Positions 26,724 through 35,608 of a DNA stretch of 39,028 bases are shown in pieces; position 1 is the first letter of the stretch, and each line of letters starts with the position of its first letter. The stretch is taken from positions 1 through 39,028 of the forward strand of contig DAISIS010000001.1 of NCBI GenBank assembly GCA_036821925.1. Direction: 5' to 3'. A program made the translations under genes and the position numbers. The DNA is from Pirellulaceae bacterium. GTDB lineage: Bacteria; Planctomycetota; Planctomycetia; Pirellulales; Pirellulaceae. The notes beneath the pieces were generated by a model. It saw only the letters and a list, made by a program, of their open reading frames with translations, was not told the DNA's origin and did no database searches.

Positions 26724-27189
26724 GGGCCCGTTGGTGCGCAATGACGGTTACCTCGTGAGTACGAGGCCGCTGCCACACCATCCATCAATACGCGGGATGA
26801 CCAAATGACAGTTCAAACAACTAGGTCATTGTTAGGGTGGTCGTTAGCGCGAGTCAATAGGGTCGGGCTGCGGTTTGGCACGCCCCGGACCGGTCGCGCC
26901 CCTGCTGGCGCCGTGGCGGCAGGCCGCGGGCGCGCCCCGGACAGAAGCCGGGCAGCCGGTCGCCAGACGGGCCAGCCGCTGGGCGGCACCGCTGCACGCG
27001 ATCGCCGCGCCCGCTGCCGGACTGCACCAACGCCAGGGTGCGCGCGTGGTGTGCCGGGAGCCCTGCGCTGACCCCCGCGCCCACCGCAGGATGCAGGCGT
27101 CCGTGCTAGACTCTTGGGCACAGTCAACAGGTGACGCCAGCGCTAGCAGCGCGGATGGCACACACGCTTGTGGGCCCGGCTCAGTCGCG

Positions 27190-27218
27190 TTGACAAACGG
27201 CAAACCGGCTGCTACGTT
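27190..27218 (+). promoter_or_regulatory. candidate promoter of rnc
   Basis: A perfect TTGACA (27190-27195), a 17-nt spacer, then TACGTT (27213-27218). The first ATG (27227) would be at or very near the transcript 5' end, so the mRNA may be leaderless. Confidence 0.3.
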
Positions 27219-27226
27219 TGCTGCAA

Positions 27227-27994
27227 ATGGCTCATATGCATCCTGCCGGCCCCATTGAAACCAGTCGGCCCACGATCGAACTTGATCTGGATTTCGCTCA
27301 GAAGCTGGAGCTTTGCGAGCGGCGGATCGGGTATGTGTTTCACGACAAACGCCTGCTGCAGGCAGCGCTCACACACGCGTCCGGCGCCGATCATCGCTTG
27401 GCCTCAAACGAACGCCTCGAATTCCTGGGCGATGCTATTCTCGGCGCCGTGGTGTGCGAACTGCTCTATCATCAGTACCCCGAGTATCTCGAAGGCGATC
27501 TGACCAAGATCAAGTCGGTCGTGGTCAGCCGCCAGTCGTGCGCCAAGATCAGCGAAGCGCTCGGGCTGCACGAGTGCCTGTTTGTCGGCAAGGGCATGGC
27601 GGCCTGTCGGGAAGTACCGCCGTCGTTGCTCGCCGACGTGTTCGAGTCGCTGCTGGCCGCCCTGTACCTGGACGGCGGGGAAAAGGAGGCGCGGCAGTTC
27701 ATCGAACTGCATGTGGGGCCCGAAATCGAACTGGCAGCCACCGGCGAAGCGGGAGGCAACTACAAGTCACTGTTGCAGCAGTTCGCACAGCGCGAGTTCG
27801 GCAACACACCACTGTACCAGCTGCTCGACGAGAAGGGGCCCGACCACTCCAAGTGCTTCAAGATCAGCGCCGTCGTGGGGGGGCAGCGGTATCAGGCGGC
27901 CTGGGGGCGCAACAAGAAGGAAGCGGAACAGCGGGCCGCCTGCAACGCGCTGTTTGAGCTGCGGAACGAACCGGCACCATTCCCGAGTGACTAG
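27227..27994 (+). CDS. rnc: ribonuclease III
   Basis: Contains LLQAALTHAS, the signature NERLEFLGDAILG, ESLLAALYLDGG, and a dsRBD (KSLLQQFAQ..., GPDHSKCFKISAVVGG, GRNKKEAEQRAA). The start (27218, 27227 or 27236) is ambiguous. Confidence 0.92.
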   Translation: MAHMHPAGPIETSRPTIELDLDFAQKLELCERRIGYVFHDKRLLQAALTHASGADHRLASNERLEFLGDAILGAVVCELLYHQYPEYLEGDLTKIKSVVVSRQSCAKISEALGLHECLFVGKGMAACREVPPSLLADVFESLLAALYLDGGEKEARQFIELHVGPEIELAATGEAGGNYKSLLQQFAQREFGNTPLYQLLDEKGPDHSKCFKISAVVGGQRYQAAWGRNKKEAEQRAACNALFELRNEPAPFPSD

Positions 27995-28061
27995 CGTCTC
28001 GCCTGTTGTCCCCTGAAACCTGTCGTCCCTTGAAACACAGCCCCATCGCGTACGGTCTGCC

Positions 28062-29057
28062 ATGCGTTGTGTAGCCCTGCTCTCCGGCGGCCTCGACAGT
28101 CACCTGGCAGTACGGCTGATGCAGCAACAGGGGCTGGAGGTCGTGGCGCTGCACTGCCGCAGCCTGTTCGCCGCCGGGCCCGATCGCGCGGAGCAGGTGG
28201 CGACGCGTCTGGGTGTGCCGCTGACCATCGTGCCACTGGGGGATGACTATCTCGACCTCGTGCGCCAACCCCGCTTCGGCTATGGCCGCGGAGCCAACCC
28301 GTGTGTCGACTGTCGCGTGCATATGTTCTCCCTGGCCCGATCGTGCCTGCAACAGCACGACGCGCAGTTCGTGGTCAGCGGTGAAGTGGTCGGACAGCGA
28401 GCCGGCAGCCAGAAACGCCGGGACCTGGATGCTATTGCGCACCACAGCGGACTGCACGAACGCCTGCTCCGCCCCCTTTCCGCCCGGCTGCTCCCCGCTA
28501 CGCTGCCCGAACGCGCGGGCTGGGTGGATCGGGAGAAGTTGTATGGCTTCTACGGGCGCGGACGCCGCGGCCTGATCCAACTGGCCCGGGCCTGGGGAAT
28601 CGACGAGATCCCCACTCCGTCGACCGGCTGCGTGCTGACCGAACCGCCGTTCGCCCGCAAAGTGTTCGATCTGCTCCAGCATCAGACGCACGCCGGCCGC
28701 TGGAATTTCGAACTGCTCAAATACGGACGCCACTTCCGGCTGAACAACCAATGCAAAGTCGTGCTCGGCCGGCGCGAAGCAGAGAATCACCAGCTGGAAT
28801 ACCTGCACGGACTGCCCGAGGCCGGGGAGTCAACGCTGCTCGCGCCCGAGGGATTTGTCGGCCCGACAGCGCTCGTCGTCGGCCCGCTGACCGACCAGGC
28901 CTATGCCTTCGCCTGCGGGCTCATGCATCAGTTCGCCAGGAAACCGATCGACCCGGCCGGACGGGTCCGTGTCAAGTGTAGAGATGCCTCGTACTGCCGT
29001 ACGCTGACACGCGACTCCAGAACGACTGCCGCGCAAAGAAACGTCGCCGATGTTTGA
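28062..29057 (+). CDS. PP-loop ATP pyrophosphatase superfamily protein (tRNA-thiolation/ThiI-MnmA-like)
   Basis: Begins MRCVALLSGGLDSHLAV (SGGxDS PP-loop). Contains NPCVDCRVHMF and VSGEVVGQR. The specific subfamily is not assignable by eye. Confidence 0.8.
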   Translation: MRCVALLSGGLDSHLAVRLMQQQGLEVVALHCRSLFAAGPDRAEQVATRLGVPLTIVPLGDDYLDLVRQPRFGYGRGANPCVDCRVHMFSLARSCLQQHDAQFVVSGEVVGQRAGSQKRRDLDAIAHHSGLHERLLRPLSARLLPATLPERAGWVDREKLYGFYGRGRRGLIQLARAWGIDEIPTPSTGCVLTEPPFARKVFDLLQHQTHAGRWNFELLKYGRHFRLNNQCKVVLGRREAENHQLEYLHGLPEAGESTLLAPEGFVGPTALVVGPLTDQAYAFACGLMHQFARKPIDPAGRVRVKCRDASYCRTLTRDSRTTAAQRNVADV

Positions 29058-29095
29058 ACACCGGCGACGGTGCCAGCGATGTGTCGCCACCGCTC

Positions 29096-29749
29096 CTACG
29101 CTCGCTTGCGCCGCAAGACCACCACACCCAATCCGGCCAGACCGGCGCACATCAGCAGGAGCGAAGATGGCTCAGGAACAACGTTCAGTGACCCACTGAC
29201 GACGTCCACCGAGCCGACGAAATCCTGGAAGCTCGTCCCCATCACGAAGCCTTCGACGACTTCAAAGGGCCCCAGATTCAACCCATAGTTGCCCGGGGCA
29301 ATGTCGGTCGTGTCGATCGTCAACCTCGCCAGCAACTGGCCGTTCGGATTAAGGTCCACTGTGGTCGGTATGAGATCCGGTTCCGGACCTAACACGGTGG
29401 CCGCAGCGTTCTCAGCCCACCCAGCATAACCCCAGCCGCCATACGAAAGAAAACGGTCAACGCCGTCGTTGTTGAGCTCGAACAACGAGCCGGTTTCAAC
29501 GAGATCGATCGCCGTGATAGAGGGTACTTTGCCTGTGAGACCACTGTCTCCCGGAACGTCACTTTCCATCAGAGCTTGGACAATCGCGTTGTTGAGTTTC
29601 CCCTCGCCGTAAATCATGATGTCGACAAACTGCCCCGCCGTATTCGCCTGCAACAAATGATCCCCAGCGACAACACTAATCCAATCTGCCTGCGATGGCG
29701 AAACCCATACCAAACACCCCAGGATTACCGCAATGATTCCGACTTTCAC
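29096..29749 (-). CDS. PEP-CTERM sorting-domain secreted protein
   Basis: AAGGAG Shine-Dalgarno 8 nt before GTG 29749. Signal peptide MKVGIIAVILGCLVWVSPSQA. The C-terminus VPEPSSLLLMCAGLAGLGVVVLRRKRA shows PEP, a TM helix and a basic tail. GC is visibly lower than in the neighbours. Confidence 0.85.
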   Translation of the reverse strand: MKVGIIAVILGCLVWVSPSQADWISVVAGDHLLQANTAGQFVDIMIYGEGKLNNAIVQALMESDVPGDSGLTGKVPSITAIDLVETGSLFELNNDGVDRFLSYGGWGYAGWAENAAATVLGPEPDLIPTTVDLNPNGQLLARLTIDTTDIAPGNYGLNLGPFEVVEGFVMGTSFQDFVGSVDVVSGSLNVVPEPSSLLLMCAGLAGLGVVVLRRKRA

Positions 29750-29965
29750 GACGCAGACTCCTTATACCTTGGTGCCAAGCTTTGGATCAGTAACTCATTC
29801 GGGCACTCAGATCACCTGCGCGTCCGCCCGCACATTCCATCGGGTGCACAGCATACACGCCTCACGATGCAATCCGTCTCGTGCGCGCCGCCATCCTATG
29901 AAAGTCGCGTAACGATTGCAACGGTTGCGCAGGTTTTTCCGGCGAGTATTTTGTACGGAAGAAGC

Positions 29966-29989
29966 GTGCATCAAATCACGGAGATGCAC
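29966..29989 (-). terminator. hairpin downstream of the 1261-aa gene (possible terminator)
   Basis: GTGCATC, a 10-nt loop, then GATGCAC: a perfect 7-bp stem. It lies about 60 nt after the stop at 30048. On the minus strand it is followed by GCTTCTTCC, which is only weakly U-rich. Confidence 0.25.
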
Positions 29990-30047
29990 TGCCGGAACAA
30001 CCACAAACAGCATGCGCCATATATTGCTAAGCGCGAACAGCTTACGA

Positions 30048-33000
30048 TTACTCGCGTTCCGCCACGAGCTCAGTTAAAGCTATATCGTGCATGAGATATG
30101 TATCCGCATCTGCGCTATCATTGGCTCTGCGGAGTTGACGCGCGTGGCGAAGTTCGGAATCGACACCGGTGGAGGTCCGGGGCGCACGCTCGGGGAGTGG
30201 GCTCCCAGTGTCGGACGGGAGGTTCGCTGAGGCAGTTGGCGGACTCTGGTCGGCAGCTGCCGCGCTGCTGACGCTGCTCAAGGTGTGCGGGCCCAAATTC
30301 CATGTGGTGGGCACGCCGGCTGTTGTCACGGGGATCAGGAACGGACTGAGTTGCGGGCCGAGCCGGTCGGTGTTTCCCGCAGCGTTCCCGCTGCCATGCG
30401 GCTTTCCGCCGGGACTGCTTGCGCCCGCTTCGCCCTCGCTGCCACCCACAGGCTCGAGGGGCGGCGCGATCAACCTTAAAGAGTTGAAGGGACTTGTGCG
30501 GTTGTTGCGAGCGATGATCTGGTCTGTCGCGTTGACCAGCCTATCGCGGTCGAAGTCGAAGTGATCCTCTTTCGACGCGGGATTGAACGGGCTGTGTGGA
30601 TTGTTGCGGGCACCGATCTCATCGGCTGCACTGACGAATGCGTTGTCGGCAGAGTCTCCCGATTCGCCCACGGCATTACCGACGTAGAACACGTCGTTCT
30701 GCAGCAGTCCATTGGTGTCGTCGGCCAGCAGGGTCACCTGCAGCCAGCACTTCTGAATCGCGCCGTCTTTCCAGATCAACGTGACGCGGTCTGCGCCGTC
30801 GACTCCGGCGCCAGCACGCACCGTGATGTCGATCGGTTCCGGGGCCAACAGCCAGTCATCGTCGGGGCTGTCGAGGTCGGTGCCATACGGTTGGTCGTCG
30901 TTCCCGACGCGGAAGACGAAATCGTCTGCCGTCGGGGCGGCGCGCAAGTTGCGAACGTCAATCATCAGGCCGTTGATGCCGCGACTGTAGCTTGTGTAAT
31001 CGGCGAACGTCGCCGTCTGGCCGGGCAGCAGCACAGCCTTGTCGCTGGCGATTGCAGCGTCGTCGTCGTCGGTCGCCGCTGCGTTGCGATCGTCCCAGGC
31101 CGAGCGATTGTAGAAGATGTGGCGGGCGGCGACCTGTGGCGGAGGATCGTCGATCTCCGCCTGCAGGAGCACGCTGCCCTGGTACTTCTGGTCACTGCTG
31201 AAGAGGGTGTGCGTGATGTAGTCTGTGTGAGGTCCTTCGACGACGGCTTCGTCGATTGCAGTCACGCGGACCGCCTGGGACTGGTTCCAGTCGAGCGGTG
31301 TGAATGTGAGTGCCGCGCTGGCCGGATCCGCATCGCTGACCGCCACCACCTGCTCATGCACGCTGCCCAGAAAGATCGTCACGTCGTGCTTCGGCTGGCT
31401 GGTCAGGGCTATCCAGTAGCGGGAGTCCGCACCTTCGACGAGCTCAACGGCGCTGATCGGATGCTGGCCTGCGGCATCGGCGGCGAGGGACAGCCCTGCC
31501 TCATCGTTGTCAACGATCGTCGCCTTCACGTCGGCCACCGGCAGCAGGGCCGGATACATCGGGTCGTGGATCGTGCCGGTGATGGCATGGTGGATCGTGC
31601 CGACGTGCGTGCTTTCGTCCACGGCGTCATCAATCGCGCGCACGGTCACGGTCTGCGTGGCCAGATCAGTGAACGTCAGCACTAGTGCGCTGGCATACGT
31701 CGCCCCGCCGTCGGCGCTGACCTGCGTCTGAGTGTCGGCGGTCGCGGTGATCTGCACCGGGCCGCTCGGAGCCTTCGTGAGCCCGATCTCGTAGCTGTCG
31801 GTCGCACCGTCTTCCGCAAGCGAGGTGTTGCCGTCGAGTTCCGTGATGCGGACCCCGCCGGCGTCATCATCGGCGATGCGGGCGGTCAGGAAGTTCTGGC
31901 CGGAGATCGTGAAACTGGAGACATCCACGGCGGTGTGGACCAGTTCAGCCTCGTGCGGTCCTTCCGGCGCGTTGTCGTTGATCGCGGTGATCTCGACCCG
32001 TTGCGGCAGGTGCCAGTTCCCGGTGCCAAACATCCACACGTTCTCGAACCCTGGCAGCGAATTGGCTGGATTGTAGATGGAGACCTCTTCAGACAAATCT
32101 TCCACGACGACCCAGGTCTCACCCAGCGGTTGTTCGCTCATGCGCATCCAGTAGGTGACGTCATCGCCACCCTCGGCGACGTCGATCCAGGAGATTACAT
32201 CCTGGCCGGCCGCATCCGCAGTGAAGATCAGCATTTCATTGTAGTCCAGGATGCGGGGCGTCACATCCCGCGCCTGGACGCCGTCGTAATCGGCATCGGT
32301 GCTCGCCACCGAATGCGTGATGACCCCTGCATGGATGCCCTCCTGCAGGCCATCTTCGATCGCCGCGACCGTAATCGTCTGCGCCAACCGGTCGGTGAAG
32401 GTCAGGACGAGGGAGGGGCTGTAGGTCGCGCCGCCATCGGCGCTGACCAACAGCTGGTCGTCGGCCGCAATCGTAATCTGCACCGGCGCAGCCGGTGTTG
32501 TCGACAGGGCGATCGAGTAGGTGTCGGTCGTGACTCCTTCGATGACTTCCGTGGTCCGATCCGATTCGCGGATCCGCACGCCCGGCCCGTACGGGAGCAC
32601 CTGGTCCAGAATGTCATTCACGTCGAAGTAGATGGTGCCTGCGCGCGTTTCGTGCGTGCCGTCGTCGAGGCTCCAGTCCGTGAAGTCAAAATGGACCCGG
32701 TCGAAATACCCGTCCGGCATGCCCGGATAGAAGAACGCATTGAACCAGCCGCTGGTCAGCAGATCGGAGCCAAACACTCCATCGAGCGACAGCTCGTTGG
32801 ACCCGGTGCTGATGTCCATGACCAGCCACTGCAGGTTGGTCCACATCAGGTCCACCTCATTGCCGGTCGCGACCTGTGTGACCGTCACATAGAGCTCGTC
32901 GATGGCGAACACCGGAACGCTGATCTCCCCGCCGACACCCGCCACCGTCTCGGACGTCACGTAATTCGCGTCGTTGTTGTCGAACCGCCCATCGCCGTTG

Positions 33001-33833
33001 CTGTCCAGGCCGATGTCACGTGCCAGGTGGGTCGAGAGGACGCTGATCTGGGCCCCCGTGTCGAACAGGAAGTTCCCCGCTGCGCTGATTCCATCGTTGG
33101 CCGGCGTGGCCGTCAGAAACGGCACGTCCGCCCACACGGGCGGCTGGCCATAGATCATCGACTCGTCGGTCTCGAACCAGATCCGGTTGTCAACCGCCAG
33201 GGCATACCGATGCTCATCGCCCGCCGGCACCTGCTCGGCGAAGTCGACCGTCATGTGCAGCGCGTCCAGACCGCTGCCGCCACCCGACCAGACTGTCATA
33301 TCCAGCGACGTCACCTTGTCGGCCATGGCCGGCATGCCGACCAGCCCCCAGGGACCGAACATGCTGAAGTCTTTCGTCGCATCGGACAGAATGTGCGTTT
33401 CGTTGCTGATGGTATTGCGGACACCGTCAGTGCCCGCGAAGTCAAAACGATACGGGGCCGAGATGTCCAGCAGATGGTAGCCGCCGATGCCGGTCTCCAG
33501 GAACTTGCCCTGCGTCTCGTAGTCACCGTTAGTCTGCAGATCGTCCACGGCGGTGGCCATCGCCAGCACGCTGTTAGCGCCGGTGTCGAGCAGCAGTGTG
33601 TTGAAGATGCTCGGGCCGAGACTGATCCATTCTTCAATCTCCGGGTCCGGGTTCGCGTCTTCCAGCAACTCGACCGCCACGAGAGGCTGGTCCAGCGCCA
33701 CATTGTCGGAAGGTCCCAGCTCGATGAAGCCCACCGGGGCCAGCATGACCCGCAGCTCCAACCGTTCGACCTGGGGACGCTGGAAGCGGCTCGCTGCTGC
33801 GGCGCGCTGTCGTCTCCGCGTTGATGATCGCAT
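30048..33833 (-). CDS. large secreted multidomain protein: two-lobed DTGA aspartic-protease-like region, four Calx-beta-like repeats, dockerin-like C-terminal repeats
   Basis: AAGGGG lies before ATG 33833. The N-terminus MRSSTRRRQRAAAASRFQRPQVERLELRVMLA is a planctomycete-type secretion leader. LLLDTGANSVL is at residue 83 and FLFDTGAQISVL at residue 258. Repeats span residues ~425-897. FDFDRDRLVNATDQIIARNN and AADEIGARNN are dockerin-like. Confidence 0.85.
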   Translation of the reverse strand: MRSSTRRRQRAAAASRFQRPQVERLELRVMLAPVGFIELGPSDNVALDQPLVAVELLEDANPDPEIEEWISLGPSIFNTLLLDTGANSVLAMATAVDDLQTNGDYETQGKFLETGIGGYHLLDISAPYRFDFAGTDGVRNTISNETHILSDATKDFSMFGPWGLVGMPAMADKVTSLDMTVWSGGGSGLDALHMTVDFAEQVPAGDEHRYALAVDNRIWFETDESMIYGQPPVWADVPFLTATPANDGISAAGNFLFDTGAQISVLSTHLARDIGLDSNGDGRFDNNDANYVTSETVAGVGGEISVPVFAIDELYVTVTQVATGNEVDLMWTNLQWLVMDISTGSNELSLDGVFGSDLLTSGWFNAFFYPGMPDGYFDRVHFDFTDWSLDDGTHETRAGTIYFDVNDILDQVLPYGPGVRIRESDRTTEVIEGVTTDTYSIALSTTPAAPVQITIAADDQLLVSADGGATYSPSLVLTFTDRLAQTITVAAIEDGLQEGIHAGVITHSVASTDADYDGVQARDVTPRILDYNEMLIFTADAAGQDVISWIDVAEGGDDVTYWMRMSEQPLGETWVVVEDLSEEVSIYNPANSLPGFENVWMFGTGNWHLPQRVEITAINDNAPEGPHEAELVHTAVDVSSFTISGQNFLTARIADDDAGGVRITELDGNTSLAEDGATDSYEIGLTKAPSGPVQITATADTQTQVSADGGATYASALVLTFTDLATQTVTVRAIDDAVDESTHVGTIHHAITGTIHDPMYPALLPVADVKATIVDNDEAGLSLAADAAGQHPISAVELVEGADSRYWIALTSQPKHDVTIFLGSVHEQVVAVSDADPASAALTFTPLDWNQSQAVRVTAIDEAVVEGPHTDYITHTLFSSDQKYQGSVLLQAEIDDPPPQVAARHIFYNRSAWDDRNAAATDDDDAAIASDKAVLLPGQTATFADYTSYSRGINGLMIDVRNLRAAPTADDFVFRVGNDDQPYGTDLDSPDDDWLLAPEPIDITVRAGAGVDGADRVTLIWKDGAIQKCWLQVTLLADDTNGLLQNDVFYVGNAVGESGDSADNAFVSAADEIGARNNPHSPFNPASKEDHFDFDRDRLVNATDQIIARNNRTSPFNSLRLIAPPLEPVGGSEGEAGASSPGGKPHGSGNAAGNTDRLGPQLSPFLIPVTTAGVPTTWNLGPHTLSSVSSAAAADQSPPTASANLPSDTGSPLPERAPRTSTGVDSELRHARQLRRANDSADADTYLMHDIALTELVAERE
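31143..32561 (-). repeat. four tandem ~115-aa intragenic domain repeats in A-B-A-B order
   Basis: A units share PVQIT...VSADGGATY.S.LVLTFTD...QT.TV.AI.D...H.G.I.H. B units share IS...EG.D..YW....QP...W...Q.V..TAI.(D/E).A.EGPH....HT. Coordinates are derived from residue numbers. Confidence 0.6.
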
Positions 33834-34200
33834 GCTACCCCTTTCACCACCGGGTGCCTGGGGACCTTCCCTGCACGATCTGCCGCGTCTTTGAGTGACA
33901 AGTCCACGTCACCGTTTGCGCACGGCACATCGGCCACGCAGCAAAACTCGCTGCCGGCGGCGCACCGGCCGCCCGCCCAGCAGGCAATCTACTCGAGTCG
34001 ATTCGAACGGTCAACATATTGGGCAGACGGGGGGTCTGACGCGTGCAGGGATGGCGCAACGCCGCTCCCGCAGTGCGCCGCGCGGCAGCCGCACCTCGCA
34101 CTCCGGATATACTGTGTGCGTTCTCGGATAAACTCTGGGTATTGTGGTTGAGCTGCAGGCCGGGTTGCGGTAGAGATAGACGCAAGATGGAGGCACAGTC

Positions 34201-35520
34201 ATGCGCGGTCTGACACGTGGCACGCGGCGGCGGTTTCTGGCGGCCGGCATCCAACTGGCGGCGGCGGCCGTGACCGGTCCCCACATCGTGGCGGCGACAA
34301 CCCTGGCAGCGGCGGGGCGGGTGGCCCCCAGCGACCAGGTCGGAATCGGCTACATCGGCGCCGGACGACGCGGCAACCAGTTGACGGGGTTGCCCCCCGC
34401 TGGACGCATCGTGGCCGTGGCCGATGTGGACCGGCCACGCGCGGAGGCGTTCGCGGCCCAGCATGGCTGCCGTGTGGCCCGCGACTATCGCGACGTACTC
34501 GATGCACCGGACGTCGATGCGGTAGTCATTGCCACGCCCGATCACTGGCACGTCCTGCCAGCCCTGCACGCCTGTCTGGCAGGCAAGGATATCTATCTCG
34601 AAAAACCGTTATCCCTGACGATTCGGGAAGGACGCCTGCTGGTCGATGCAGTGCGCAAGTGCGGGCGGGTGTTGCAGACCGGTTCGCAACGCCGGTCGAT
34701 GGCCGGCCACCGCCGCGGTTGCGAGCTGGTCCGCAACGGCGTAGCGGGGCGGATCCACACGGTCATCATCGCCAACTATCCGAGTCCATGGGAGAGCCAG
34801 TTTCCGCCGCAGCCGGTTCCGGCCCAGCTCGATTGGGACACGTGGTGCGGGATGACGGAACCGGTGGGCTATCATCCGGACATCTACGTGCAGCGATCCC
34901 AGCCGGGCTGGATTTCCCTGCGGCCGTACTCGGGCGGCGAAATGACGGGAACCGGCGCGCATGGGTTCGATCAGATCCAATGGGCGTTGGAGATGGACCA
35001 CACTGGGCCGGTGGAGATCTCTTGTGAAGGGGGGCGATTGGAGCCCGTGGTGTATACCCAACCGGAACCGCTCGCGCGCGGCGATGCGCTGATGAGCCGT
35101 GGTCATCGCGTGTCCATGCGGTACGCCCACGGCGTCGAGGTGCGGCTGGAAGAGAACGGTCCGGCTGCCGGCGGGGAATTCATCGGGGATCGGGGGAAGA
35201 TCCGGATCGGAAACAACGAGGTCACCAGCAACCCGCCCGAACTGGCGCTCACGCCACCGCAAGACCTCCCGCTGCGCCTGCCCGAAGTGAACGACCACAT
35301 GCTCGACTGGTTCCAGGCGATCAAGAACCGATCGCGCCCCATCGCAGACGTCGAAGTGGGCCACCGTTCAGCTACGATCTGCCACCTCGGCAACATTGTG
35401 CGTTGGGTCGGCCGTCCTCTACGCTGGGATCCGGACGCCGAGACCTTCCCCGGCGACGAGGAGGCGAACCAGTTGCTCGATCGCCCGCGCCGCGCAGGGT
35501 ACGAACTGCCCAGCGTGTGA
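34201..35520 (+). CDS. Gfo/Idh/MocA family oxidoreductase with twin-arginine signal
   Basis: GGAGG Shine-Dalgarno 8 nt before the ATG. TAT motif TRRRFLAAG. Rossmann motif IGYIGAGRRG and the EKP motif IYLEKPLS. Confidence 0.92.
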   Translation: MRGLTRGTRRRFLAAGIQLAAAAVTGPHIVAATTLAAAGRVAPSDQVGIGYIGAGRRGNQLTGLPPAGRIVAVADVDRPRAEAFAAQHGCRVARDYRDVLDAPDVDAVVIATPDHWHVLPALHACLAGKDIYLEKPLSLTIREGRLLVDAVRKCGRVLQTGSQRRSMAGHRRGCELVRNGVAGRIHTVIIANYPSPWESQFPPQPVPAQLDWDTWCGMTEPVGYHPDIYVQRSQPGWISLRPYSGGEMTGTGAHGFDQIQWALEMDHTGPVEISCEGGRLEPVVYTQPEPLARGDALMSRGHRVSMRYAHGVEVRLEENGPAAGGEFIGDRGKIRIGNNEVTSNPPELALTPPQDLPLRLPEVNDHMLDWFQAIKNRSRPIADVEVGHRSATICHLGNIVRWVGRPLRWDPDAETFPGDEEANQLLDRPRRAGYELPSV

Positions 35521-35526
35521 GGCATC

Positions 35527-35544
35527 GGACGGGGCGTCCCGTTT
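35527..35544 (+). terminator. weak intrinsic-terminator-like hairpin after the oxidoreductase gene
   Basis: GGACG-GGG-CGTCC followed by CGTTTG, 7 nt after the stop. The stem is short and the U-tract is short. Confidence 0.25.
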
Positions 35545-35608
35545 GCCTGTCCCCCGTGGTCCCACCGGGACGCACCGGTTGTCAGACTCCGGCGCATCTG
35601 GCGGGATG

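Noticed and set aside
26925-26965. SRP (4.5S) RNA-like string CCCCGGACAGAAGCCGGGCAGCC
   Set aside because: The resemblance to the GGUCCGGAAGGAAGCAGCC domain-IV motif is only superficial. There is no GGAA tetraloop in the right register, and I could not build the flanking helix.
27156-27171. TGGCACACACGCTTGT sigma-54-like element before rnc
   Set aside because: The spacing is one base too long and the -12 element reads TTGT rather than TTGC. rnc is not an expected sigma-54 target. It is mentioned only as a weak candidate.
26805-27258. Four overlapping 76-127-aa ORFs in the rnc upstream spacer
   Set aside because: All are Ala/Arg/Pro/Gly low-complexity products with no start-site signals. High third-position GC in one frame is not enough evidence for a gene.
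29807-30013. 68-aa minus-strand ORF in the spacer between the giant gene and the PEP-CTERM gene
   Set aside because: It has no SD and an Arg/Asn/Cys-rich odd composition. The region is better explained as terminator plus promoter DNA. It also contains the tandem AACGATTGCAACGGTTGC direct repeat and the 7-bp hairpin.
31935-33824. 629-aa plus-strand ORF (and 30561-31685, 374 aa)
   Set aside because: Both are antisense to the 1261-aa secreted protein, which has a signal-like leader, DTGA motifs, internal repeats and an SD. The plus-strand products are Arg/His/Asp/Val junk.
33990-34015. tRNA T-loop-like GATTCGAAC
   Set aside because: The flanking bases cannot form the 5-bp T-stem (only 2 pairs), and no acceptor or anticodon arms are apparent.
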